From Phoronis australis (lineage: Eukaryota; Animalia; Phoronida), in the NCBI GenBank assembly GCA_002633005.1, contig NMRA01000238.1, positions 62,001-126,000 on the forward strand: 64,000 nucleotides of DNA. Reading direction: 5' to 3'. The notes beneath the pieces are model-generated. The model worked only from the letters and a program-made list of their open reading frames with translations. It was not told the origin of the DNA and did not search any database. Positions within the stretch are counted from its first letter, which is position 1. Each line of letters begins with the position of its first letter. Both the position numbers and the translations under genes were made by a program. This document shows, piece by piece, positions 1-13,500 of this stretch.

Positions 1-68
1 GACAACTCAGTTTGTGCAACATTGTGTTCCGAGGTTTAGATGTGAAGATAGGTACTAGATAAACTTAC

Positions 69-219
69 TTAGACCACTTGTCATCCCCTTCTTCCTTCTT
101 CTCAACAATGTATCCAATGATGGGGTTACCACCGTCATTTCTGGGAGCGGCCCATTCCAGAGACACGGAGTCAGGGGTGGTTGTTGTACACTTGGGCACA
201 CCAGGTGTATCCGGTGGGT
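69..219 (-). CDS. Twitchin exon, FN3 N-terminal half
   Basis: (D)PPDTPGVPKCTTTTPDSVSLEWAAPRNDGGNPIIGYIVEKKEEGDDKWS; TAG acceptor, GTAAG donor. Confidence 0.92.
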
Positions 220-3200
220 CTACCAATAAATAGACAAGATGCAATTAAATTGAAATTGCAGTACATGTGTGGGGTTTACCAATAGATTAGATACAAACTG
301 ATAATGCGCAAGGCCAGTCCTGCCAGTCCTGCCTCACAGTACAATGGGTCGGTGGTGTCCAGCAATAGATCCTCACACTACAATGGGCCGGGGGTGTCCA
401 GCAATAGATCCTCACAGCACAATGAGTTGGGGGGTGTTCAGCAAAAGATAACATTACTAAGTGAGACTGCACAAGCACAACTCACAACTATGATGACTAG
501 TTAATACTTAAAGGGGCACTTCATCAATGTTTAGCTGTCAATGTTGAATTTTTACAAAAACACTTTAGGGTAAAACATCACCAGACTCGTCCAATCTCTT
601 GAATTGTTGTTCTTGTTGGTAACGGAAATCAAGTCCATTCATCAAGGTAAGGGATATTACAAGAAAGATTTTATGAGCTTTTCTGTTTTTAGCACCTAAA
701 TACTGAGGAAACACAATTTTGATTACTTAATGGCGAACCTCCTCAGATTTGATTGTGGGAGATATTTTATGCACAATGCTTTCCCACCAAGGAACTAATT
801 AAACAATTTATATGTCCTACCAAAGTGTTAGTTTAAAGTACATAAAACTACTGACATTTTCCAATTTAATTTCTCTTCCTGTTCCATGGCTTCACATTTT
901 TCACAATTCTCAAAAATATTACAACAAATCAGTACTACTCACCAAATGGATGCCTTGCCAGTATGGCTGCCTCCGACTCCAACGGCTCACTGATACCAAA
1001 TTGGTTGACGGCACAGACGCGGAACTCATACCTGGTACCCTCCTGCAAGTTTCGGACATGACAGTGTGCGGCAGGTACAAAGCTGCTCACTTTGTTCCAC
1101 CTGGGGGCGCCCTCTACACGCTTCTCCAGAGTGTAGTTGGTGATGTCATCGCCACCATCGTCTTCAGGTGGTTTCCAGAACAGCTTCATAGAATCAGCCT
1201 CAATCTCACGAGCATCAATTGGACCTCTTGGTTTAGTGGGTGGTGCTAAAATGTATGAAGAGCTGTTATGAGAAGATTACACTAAAACCTAAGTTATGTT
1301 TCATCGAAAAAACAAAACAGGTGCTACAATAGCTTTAAGGCACTTTATTGATGATAGACAGTAGGAACTACTGGTTTCTATGACTGAGGTAGGATGATCA
1401 AGACAGACGTAAGAAGTGACCCCTGTTGGAGATGTAACTGAGATAAGTTAATTTAGCCAGACATAAGTATTGCCTCCTGTTGGGGGAATTACTGAGAAAG
1501 ATATAAGTAGTGCCTCCTGGAGAAAATAGACAGGATGACTTAGACAGTAGGGCTATGAGTCAGAAATAAGTAGCCCTTACTGTTGAAGATAAGGAGTATA
1601 CTTGGAGCTATGCTTGCCATGTCTTGTCTGCAATTCCTAAAATCAAACAACTGAGCTCGGAATGCAATGTGTAACTCAAGATGACACATCACTATCGTCC
1701 TTTTGGTAAAAAATGAAACTAAAACAATGAAGTCATTGATTACAACACGCTCTTAAGGAGAAAATTTCAGGAGTTATGCACAAATAGAACAAATCCACAT
1801 GCGAATTTTTCCAAGAACACAGCAAGTAACAAAAAATAACAGCAAGTAACACAAGGATGGTAAGCTCATTGGAAAATAATGAGGTGACAGATAATTCAAA
1901 CAATACAAGTAAGGAATTAAATTTAAAACTACTTAGAAACTGTTTACTAACAAAAGAGATTGAGTACTTACATAAAACATTGACCCTGAATGTACAAGAG
2001 TCACTTCCCATGTTGTTCTTGAGGGTTACCTTGTAAACACCAGAATCAGAGCGGATAGCGTCAGTGGTCGTCAGCAGAGCGTTATTTTCTTTAGTCTACA
2101 AACACAAGCAAATACTAAACTTATTTTTAATGCTTTTAGAGCATGACATCTGTTTTTTTATAATTTTATAATTCTTGTAGTGTGTCAACAAAATGGTCAC
2201 TAATAATTGTTATAAACTTAGAAGAATTGATCGTACGAAAAATACAAACTGTTGATTTAAATAAAGCATTTTAGTCCAAGAGTTATTGTAATTTACAGAG
2301 TGTCTCACTTTAGAGGTATCTTTTGATTGATGGAACTTGTTCTGTGATCAAAAATGGTGAAAACAAAGGCACCAGTATTATAAAAATGTTTGAATAACAA
2401 TACGCACAACTTGAAACAACAAAATTGTTAAAAGCTAACTTTGTAAACACTGAGTTTATTATTGCAAACTTTTTCCTTTGTCATCTAACTGCATTCATAT
2501 TATTCAAATACCTTAATAGTAGTCCTAGATGATTCCTCCAAATCTTCACCATTCTTTGCCCATGTGACTGTTGGTGTTGGTACTGCTACGAATGGTACAT
2601 CCACAGGGATCGTCTGCCCATGCTTGACTGTGATGTCACGTATGCCATCTAGATCGATAATTGGTGTGGCTGTAAAGAGGATGGTGTCAAAAAAATTATC
2701 TTGTGAGAAATAATACGGTACACCAATCAACCACTGGCTTCACATTTAATCACTTCATACACTAAATAGCAAATGACTTCATATTTAATCACTTCATTCA
2801 CATAATCACCATGAACTTGACTTTTAGTCACTTTATACACAAATCACCAAATATAACAATACAAGACGTGTACATTAGATCATCTAAGAATAGAGTGACG
2901 AGAACAACACAAAATATTATAAAAGATTTAAAGTTGAAGTGTATGCTATCCAACACTTATTGTTTTCTTAATTTGATAAATGGAAATTATCACTCATCCA
3001 ATATCTTTCTTAAAATTTTATAGTTACAAAAGCAGGCAACAACATGACAACATAAAGAGCGAGATCCATGCATCAGTTAAAAGGATACCAAACCCTGTTT
3101 TGATGATTTTAACAAATCCTCGCTCTGTCACTTGCTAATGAATCATTGGTCTTTTCCCACAGTTGATGTGTAATTTGCTAAAAGCATAGATCATGCTAGA

Positions 3201-6200
3201 CAGTTTAGCAGACTTTTAAGGAAGTTTTCAAGTTTTCCTCCAAACTTTTGAAGGTTATTGAGAGTTACAGAGCATTATTTTGTTTTGTTTCAGAGAACAG
3301 CATTGGAAAGTCATTTTGAAGAAGTGTTAATAGGCCAAAATCGGGTTTGGTATCCCTTTAAATTTGAACACAAGCTGTGAACAGAGGCAAAAACCGTAGC
3401 TCACAGATTTAGCCTAAAGAAGATTTTCTTTCCATAAAAAAGCATAACAACAAAAAGAACAGGAAGAGAGACAAAAGCCCTAAAAATGTAATGATACAGA
3501 GTTTATTTCTAGAAACAAGAAAACAGCTTCTAAAAGCCAGTTATTACAAGGTTGATGAGCTGCACAGAGAACATGTAAAGTTTAAATAACCAAGGAAACA
3601 TGATGACACAAGATAAAACTGCACATAAACACCACATTTGCAAAAACAAAAGCTTTCTAGTACTGACAAGACATAAACACAATTATATCCTCGATTTCTA
3701 CTTCAACTTCACAAAAATCAACACAAAAATAACAAATAACTCAATTAGAAATAAAACTAGCCACAGCATAATACAGTGATTCTACTTGTTAGCTGTTTGA
3801 GGAAAAAGGCTTTTAGTCAAACAATGTATTAAAAGAATTAGAACAAAACTATAAATTTACACGTTGCACTCAAGCCCTTCAAATCTAACTCATCAACAAC
3901 TGCAAGGAGCTGCAGACACACACACCCAAACTGTCACTAAATATTAGAAAGTACTCAAAAAAGAATATTCTAAGAGAAGTTACAGCTTTGAGATAGACTT
4001 TAAAACCAAAACATACAAAAAATTTGAGAATTTATAAATCCTATAGGCTGTTATAATAATATATTTCATGAATCAGATTCACTTTCCACATGGGATGCTA
4101 CAAACCAAGGCAGTTAGTGCTCTATCTAAAACATGAACCTGATTGATGTTCGGTGCTCGTCAAGTCAGGCAACCCACTGTATACTCCGCGGCAATCTTTA
4201 GAGGATTCACTTTGTAACTTACTTGATGAAACATCATCTCCATAGCTTCCCAACTTTCTTCCCAAGGGCAGTCTTTCCGCAACTTGACGAGAGTAACCTT
4301 TTATAGGAAACTTCTGAAGGTCACTGGCGCCACGTTTTGGCAAACTCTTGTCGACAAATCCTTCACTTCTTCTCCTTGAGTTACCAGTACGTCTTTCTCT
4401 TGGAAAGCGAAGGTCAAAATGATAATCGTGAATTGAGTCATCGCCTTCATCTTCTCCTTCATCCTTTTGGCCAAGCTTGTGGGAAAGTTCAAAAGACAAA
4501 GGGGACTCTCTTCCTACTCCATTCCTTCCTTCCACATCTTCGTTTTCATCACCAGGTTCTGCCTTTTTGTCATCATCTTCTTGTTCACGGTGTTTTTTCC
4601 GGCTTTTCTTACGAGGATCTCTTTCTCCTGGATAACGGTGATCAAAATGTTTGTCTCTGAAACTTCCATCATCTTCCTCCACCTCAGAACTTTCTTCACT
4701 TTCTTCTGCATATTCGAAAGATCTGGCTCCCTCCTGTTTCCATCGGGTGTCCTTTGGAGGTCTAATCCTTGCTGGCTTTAATCTGTGAAGGTCTGGTAGA
4801 GTAGGCAGGCTTGCTCGCTGACGTGACAGTCGTCGCTCCCCTGGAAACATCATTTCGAAGTAGTCCTCTTTATCTTCATTGTCTGAGGTTTGAGGTTTAC
4901 TCATATCTTTTGAATTACCACTTACAGGGATATCACCAGGGCCGGAATCTCCATGGATACCTTCAGGACTGGAATCTCCTTCCTTTTTAGGATAAGATGA
5001 TTCAAACTTGCGTGGATTCTTACTAACTTCAGGCATACCACTTTTTTTGGGGTTGCCATCTTTTACTTCTGCACTGTCTTTGCCATCCACTTCCTTCTCA
5101 TCTGAAACTTTTGTCCGAGACGACGGAAGTTGACCACGCTCCTTTGGAGTTATTTCAGCTCTTCTACTGGCCATGCCAGCACCATATTTGCCCCGAGGGT
5201 CAGACTTTGGTTTGCTGCCCACAAGTTCTTCTTTGTCACCAGCAAACCAGATACAAGCAAATCCTTCATTGCCACCTATCAAGGCGCCAGATTTACGTCT
5301 CTCAATGGAGCTTCTCGGTCGAGCTGCTACGGAGAAACCATCTCCCAACGAGCCGCTAGAGGTCTTTCGTTGGGGGTTTATGGAGTCAGAGCCAGAAGAC
5401 ATTTTACGCGACGTCTCATCGCCAGCTGAAATGCACTTTATTGTAGGTGAAGGGACACAAACATGTGTAGAAGACATTAATACAACATAGCAACATAGAA
5501 AGCAACGTGATAAGGAGATAGGGTCAGTAAGACAACAGGGCATCAAAGACAATTATTCCTTCAGACGTTACTTTGAAGCCAACTGTTCATCAGCAAAAAG
5601 CCTAGAAGCTCAATTGTGCTCCACTCATTGAGTCCAACGTACAATCTCTGATTGTGTAGATTATTTCATTTCCGCCAACAGTATTTTCAAAAGGTGCAAG
5701 ATCTCTTTTCCCAATAATCAAAATAAGTGTTAATTTTTTTATATTGAACGCAGTCATGTAAATCTTTCAAAGATGATAAGCAGTGGCTTCATTGTCTGAA
5801 TGAACGGCAGAAAACACAAGAATAGACACAGGTGATCACACTTGACAGACAGGATTACAAATAGGATTAAAATAAACATGCTTAAAATGATATAAACAGA
5901 GCTTACTTGGCTGATTCTCCGCGACAATAGAGTCTGTTGGTTTGCTAGGATCACCCAACCCAAGAGCATTCTCTGCACGAACGCGGAATTGATATGTCTC
6001 GCCTTTTGTTAGACCCGGTACGTCTGCTTTACAATCTGTAACAGGAGCCTTTAATGCTGGCACCCACTCGCCCCCTGGTGTTTTCTTTTCCACCATATAG
6101 CCTGTGATCGGACTTCCCCCATCGTCGACAGGCTTGGCCCAAGACAGCGATACTGAGTCATTGGTGATCTTGTCAACATTTGGTTTACCAGTAGCTCCTG

Positions 6201-9200
6201 ATAAAACTGGAAAATGAAAAATGATTGACATTTAGATTTTCTGAGAGAACCATTTGCCAAAAACGTATCAAAACATCTATGGAGAAAAAGATAAACATTA
6301 GAAGAAAAAATATAAATGAATTTTGTCAGACCTATAACATCGATGCCACCATAAAGATACCTGTTTTTTTCACAACCAAAATACAAAAGTGGACATTTGC
6401 CATTAAGTTACCTCAAGTTTGCAGGAATTCTTATCTCGTTTCAAACGACAAAAGACAAGTGTTGGTGAACAAGGTTATCCAACAGAAGACTAGTCTGAAA
6501 CCAATGTTCATCTGTGAAACAAAACTGAACCAGACCACCATGACGGAATATACTTACGCTATAACCCAATTGGAAAATGACTCAAGAACGTCAATCTGTT
6601 GATAGGTTGAGTGTATCACATGAAAATTCTACTATCACGCTATCTACTGGGCAGATTGTTGTGAAATTGTGATACTCGACTGAAAACATGTTTTGGGAGT
6701 GCGCAACATGTTAATTTGTTTATTAATTTAAACCAGTCTCTATCGTGAAGAACAAATGTGCACCTGAGTGGTATACAAAAACGAGAACAGCACATAAACA
6801 ACTAAATATCACAATGTCAATAACTCGTGTCCAAGGTAAGTATTCAGAGGGGAGGGGGATCCCATCACAATTTGAAAGGAATCGTACACTTGCAACCCAT
6901 ACTTAATACAATCACTGTCAACGACCACATAAAGGAGTGATTACCAATGGCTTTATATATTTACAATTGCTGTTGATTAGTAGTTTGTGCTATTCATATT
7001 CAAGTTGTTGTCCAACAGAGGTCTCTTTATGTGTATCACAAGGTGACAAGTAGTCTCATCAATGTACGCCACTGCATGACCTCAAAACTCATTAATTCCA
7101 CTGAATTTGAGAAAAAAATGAACAAGTAACATGAAGTCAATTTTCAATGAAATTTTAGTCTTACAGTAACTCTTTACAGGGTTATCTTGGAATAAACAGT
7201 TAAAACAAAAGTATTAAAATAGCAATATTATCAGTTGTGGGTCATACGGATAGAAAATATGAGAGAGACTTGTGTTCCACCGTCATTCACACTTCAAAAT
7301 GGTGTTAGTAATCAAAGAAGCATGTCGTTTCATAAAAATCTAACCATTACTTACAGACAGGATCCCTGACCAGGTGGGCTTCTGTAGGTTTACTGGGTTC
7401 TCCCTGACCACCAGCGTTGATGGCACGCACACGGAACTCAAACTCCTTGCCCTCAGGAAGGTTCATGATTGTGGCGGATGTCTTCTCCGTAGGTGAGGAG
7501 TGAGCTGGCACCCAGCTATTGCTGGAGCGTCCCGTAGGTCGCTTCTCTACCTGGTAACCTGAGGAGTGCACAATACCAGACTGTCACATAGACTAACAAC
7601 AAAAATAACACCCACAAAATCTTTTTCAAAGGCTAACTACTTAGTTAAAAATACCAAGTTTTTGTGTCCACAGCTCAGCAAAAACTAGACTGTGACGGAG
7701 AATTTCTTTAATTTTGGGTTTTTGTTAAAAAAGTTAATGGTAAAATAACATCCCACATATTTGTCACATTATAAGCCCATGCCCCAACACATAAGCTGTT
7801 TACAAGGCACGACCGAGAAACACTCAAACCTCGACTTCAATTGATACTTCCAATTTCAAGTCCATACCTCAATGTTACGCTTTCTAAATTTTAAGTAACA
7901 AACTAACAGATCCCATCTGTGAACTCAGAAAGAAACCACTTGTTAATCATGGAACATAAATTCACTTATCAAGTAGAATACATTGAATTAAATAGCTGAC
8001 TCACAGTGTGATCATCAAACACAGCTATATCTTATAATTACCGCAGGTTTACATTATTAAAATCATTCAGAAATCAAGAGAACTACATTTTTCTAACCAA
8101 GATGTCTTAAACAAAATGTCCAAAGATATCTTGGTTTCAAAAGAAAGATATATTACTAGTTTTATTAATGCCATTTGCCAGAACANACACGGAACTCAAA
8201 CTCCTTGCCTTCAGGAAGGTTCATGATTGTGGCGGATGTCTTCTCCGTAGGTGAGGAGTGAGCTGGCACCCAGCTATTGCTGGAGCGTCCCGTAGGTCGC
8301 TTCTCTACCTGGTAACCTGAGTGCACAATACCAGACTGTCACATAGACTAACAACAAAAATAACACCCACAAAATCTTTTTCAAAGGCTAACTACAATAG
8401 TTAAAAATACCAAGTTTTTGTGTCCACAGCTCAGCAAAAACTAGACTGTGATGGAGAATTTCTTTAATTTTGGGTTTTTGTTAAAAAAGTTAATGGTAAA
8501 ATAACATCCCACATATTTGTCACATTATAAGCCCATGCCCCAACACATAAGCTGTTTACAAGGCACGACCGAGAAACACTCAAACCTCGACTTGTTCAAC
8601 AACTTCAATTGATACTTCCAATTTCAAGTCCATACCTCAATGTTACGCTTTCTAAATTTTAAGTAACAAACTAACAGATCCCATCTGTGAACTCAGAAAG
8701 AAACCACTTGTTAATCATGGAACATAAATTCACTTATCAAGTAGAATACATTGAATTAAATAGCTGACTCACAGTGTGATCATCAAACACAGCTATATCT
8801 TATAATTACCGCAGGTTTACATTATTAAAATCATTCAGAAATCAAGAGAACTACATTTTTCTAACCAAGATGTCTTAAACAAAATGTCCAAAGATATCTT
8901 GGTTTCAAAAGAAAGATATATTACTAGTTTTATTAATGCCATTTGCCAGAACAGATCAAGGTTTCTTACAATTCTGACACGGCTCAACAAGCTACAGTTA
9001 GTAGGAGTCATTGAAGCAAATATGTAGAAGCAAGGTTAGCAGTGATGAATTCCATGAGTTGCAACAAGACGACGAATACGTTCTGAAACTTAAAGAGCGA
9101 CACAGTCTATAAAAGGAAGTGAAAGAAAAACTATATTATTATTAATCCGTTGAAATGCCTTTGGCTAATACTCCCGGTAAGCGTCAGAGAAGTAGGGCAT

Positions 9201-10493
9201 TGTTTATCAAAGGTCGCGTGCCTAGTCATGCCTAAGTCAGACGTTATTTGGTTTTTACAAGCACACAGTTGACACTGTTCATGAAGTCAGCCGTTAATTG
9301 CGAGCATGAGCAACTGTCACTGTCTGACCTACGACCTTTAATAAAACAGGCCCTGCAGATGAAATCAAGACATATAATCAAAACTCTAGATCTTCACCAA
9401 TATAGTCACACACACACACACCACCACCATCTCTAAACACTTGTTGGAGGTTTTGTGGAAATCATTTTCAACACATAGCCAATTAGTTGTCTTTTAAAAA
9501 GTTCACTTTGGATCAAGAAAGATAAATCATTGCTTCTGAAGCCAGACACGATGCAGCAAACTTGGATTTGTTTCCAAATAATACCAGTATTGTAGGAGCA
9601 TTAGCCAAACAGACAAGAGATACATTTTGTCATTAAAATTAAAAAGCAGCGACTACGTTAAAATATCAAAAGCAGAATGTTCAATCAAATCAAACACTAC
9701 AAAAATGGGTTTAAACTAGTGAACGAAAATAAAGTAAACTTAAATACTAAAATTCTGGAGTCTTTAGTGACAACAGGATTGTTTGTTTGGAAGACATTGT
9801 CTTGGATAAAGCTTTCCATTATCCACAACTGGCGTTGTGCTTTCAATTTACTGGAAAAACAAAATGTTTTAAGAATAATCCTTAAAATCTCAAAACAACA
9901 AAAATGATACATGCAGTCTTTAAGACGAAACTGTTTCAATGCCCCAGCTTTATGATCATGGCCAAGACTTCTTCAAAAATTACGTATCCAAAACACAATT
10001 CAAAAGTGCTTTCTCAAGATTTGCGAACATTCTTGTATATGAAGAAACTGTAGTAGAATTGAACAGATATATCTATGACAACTTGGAAAAACATATCTAC
10101 GGCAACAGGGCCTACGTCCCTACCACTCACCATCTGGTTTAAGTCTTTGTTCGACAACATAGCCTAGAATGAGCGTTTAAGCAACAAAGAAACATAGAGA
10201 TGATGAAAGTCAACAAACAACAAAAAAGAAAATAGGCTCAGGGTGGTTTTAAGCCACCAGCAGCAGACAAATAGACTTTCTTATAGTGCATATAAGCCAC
10301 CAACAGAAGATAGACTTATTGTGCATATAAGCCAACAGCAGCAGATAAATAGACTTAAAATGCATTAAGCCAACAGCAGCATATAAACAGACTTACAGTG
10401 TATATAAGCCACCAGCAGCAGATAAATAGACTTATAGTGTATACAAGACAACAGCAGCAGATAAAACAAAACATTGCGATCATTAGTTACAAC

Positions 10494-10526
<33 letters not shown>

Positions 10527-13500
10527 CAAAATGTGTTAAACATACAGAAGAGACACACAAAACCATTAAACAACTTCAAAACTTGATGGCAAAATTCCAT
10601 CAAAAAGAATTTACCTAACAATTTTCAGAATGAAATAATACAATGTATCTATACCCTTATTTCAAGAACATGGAGAAATGCTGTCCTCCAATTGGCTCAT
10701 TCAATGACTCTTGCATTACAAAAATAGTTCTTGTTAGTTTACCTGTTATACGACTGCCACCATCATTTTTGGGTGCCTTCCACGCCAGTTGAACAGAGAA
10801 GCGGTCAAAGTCTTTGATCTGGAGGTCACTCGGTGCATCTGGTGTGTCTGCAAGAAACATTTGAACAAAGCCATGTCAGTGTTTTCCAGTTCAGTGACTT
10901 TACCAGACAAAAGGGGTTCTGGGCGTGTGATAACATCTAACTTCTTTGTTAACTGCCAAGCGCAGTCTTGTCTGTTACGACAACAGGCACCGCAATTATG
11001 TACTAGGCTTATTACAGACCACGTGTGAACACCGTCAAACCCAGAGTGAATTGGTACATTTGGAAAGAATAGATTATCATAACTTCGGTTGCAGTTGGGC
11101 GATTTTGGCGATTCAAAAACTAAACATGATCACCATTTGACGAGGATTTCAGAAATGCAATTGGTTTATGTTCAAATATGTTATAACTTAACTTTTATTT
11201 TAGCAGCACAGCCCAGTCAGGCTAGATACGATGTTATTGAAGATTAGAGCAATTAACGAACAAAAGAGAGCTGGCCCTCCAACCATAAATGCCAGAATGG
11301 AGTTAATCAGTCGTGTAAGATATTGGCTACAGGGGTAAACTTCCCAACTTGTTGTTGGGCTATAGAATGGAACAAGTTGGGAGCAACAGGAAAACGCCGT
11401 AATGAATATAAATTAGCAGGCACTCCCTATTCTAAGCCAAAAGAAACACCGATTACGTTGTTTATATCATCCCAGCAATTCGTGATAAGATACAGAAAAT
11501 AGCTTTAAAGAACATCAAGTGCACATTTCAGGTAAAGTCGTCTAAAACACCAGAAAAGACTGAAGTATTACTAACCAAATGGGTTCTTGGCGACAACTTT
11601 TGTACTCTCCAATGGTTCGCTGAGCCCAAACAAGTTCTCAGCTCTCACTCGGAACTGATAAGTCTTGCCTTCGTCTAACCGTTTCACCACACACGTGGGT
11701 TCTGATACCATCATTGGAACCTTCTCCCACAAGTTGCTACCAGCGACACACTTCTCAACGATGAAGTCCGAGATTGGAGCTCCACCGTTGTCAGCGGGAG
11801 GCTTCCAACTGAGTGTTGCTTCGTTAGCTTTGACATCAGTGACCTCTAGTGGTCCTTCCGGCATTCCTGGCTTGTCTGCAAAAAAGGGTGCAAAAGTCAA
11901 AAACTAAACTCATTCTGTTAATGAATTAAAATATTGGGATAAAGCAGTGAGTTACAGAACTGATCACATGGAAAGAAAATCAAAGCATATCAGAAAACTG
12001 TAATTATCCAGTAGTTCTCTTAAAAACTAAAAAAACCAATTACAAAAATGACAATAATTTTATAAATGACAAAGGATGGAGATAATGCTTTACGTTTACC
12101 ACACATGACACAACACTACGGAACAGATTTCAGAGTTTCACATAACATTTGCTGGGTCGAGAACTTAGACCTGAATTTTCCAATTATCTATCTGGAAAAT
12201 CATAGTAGTTGACACAATTTGGCCCAAAATCATATTCCTTAACGACGACAGGATTCCATGATTTAGAGTTTAATACGCCTGAGACAAATAACTTTGATAA
12301 AAGTTGCGAACCCAGCGTCTGCACAAACACTCGAGTCAAAGACAAAAAATATTGAATCCAAGTATCAGCAGATTGATGTTTCATTGAACAGAATTAGTGA
12401 TTAATGGAATGGCATTAGCACTGTAGGTAGGTATGACTACCTTGGCATAAGGCCTCATGACTTAATACCACTTAAGTTTTGTTGAACAGAATCAACGACA
12501 TACAAAAAGGAACTTTCAGGCATCTATAAAATACCTTGTCACAAGGCCTCATCGCATCAGTTAATAACAATAAACAAAGGTACAGTTGACATAGCCAGTT
12601 CCAACAAAAATTTGATGACCACTGACACGTAATTAAGTTATTCAGAGCACACTGCACAAGGCAGATAGCAGTAGGGTTAACTGCAGTGACCTCATGCCCC
12701 ATTGGTGAGTAGAAACTTACCAAGAACGATGACGTTAATGTCGGCTGTCTCTGTACCTGAAGGGTTGTTGACAGTTATGGTGTATTTGCCTGTATCATCC
12801 CGTCGAGACACAGGTATGTCTACCTTGGCACTAGTCTCGTCAGTTGGTAAGTTCACCTGGGACAAGGATACAGTCATTATTTGATATGCAAAAGAAAAGT
12901 ACTAGCCAAGGGTGAAATAACTACAGAATACACAGCAATAGTCAGCATTTCAAGAACCAGTTTAATGCCTGTTATTCAGTAGAGACAACTGGGTTCTCAA
13001 AATGTGGGGATGCCTATAAGCAACTATTATTGAATACATGACAGTTAGCACAATGTTGTGGTCTAAAATCATGATGATACTTTCTATGAACACACATGAC
13101 CTTTTTAAATGCCAAGAGTAACCCTTCAATTATTTTTATTAAAATAAACATGCTATGAACATTCCCACTAAATAAAATTGGTTCTAACCCCGGTGTTTAA
13201 GGTAAACGGCGGGGTATGGAAAATTGAACTAGACCGTATTTATCCACCTTGGCTGAGACGCGCTCGGTTCATGCTCAAAGGGATGCCGCCAAGCTGCTCT
13301 ATTCATCGAGTCACGAGCGAGGATAATTGACTTCGCTCATGCGGATATGATCAGCTGATTACAGTCTAGCCTAACAACTGTACTTTTTATGGAGAGAATT
13401 TTATGTAGTTTTTACTGTAATATTTGAAAAGAGGAGCGAAAACAAATACGAATACAACTTTGAATTTTTCAAATCGGCCCAGGATAAGAGATTTTGCAAC

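Noticed and set aside
5426-5552. N-terminal part of the 476-aa ORF (MSLMPCC...) as the start of a standalone nested gene
   Set aside because: Composition is intron-like, the ORF-track start is not ATG, and a phase-compatible acceptor sits at 5426-5427
8187-8316. Second copy of an FN3 exon as a possible mutually exclusive exon
   Set aside because: Almost identical to 7429-7558 including flanking intron, truncated at an N; best explained as an assembly overlap
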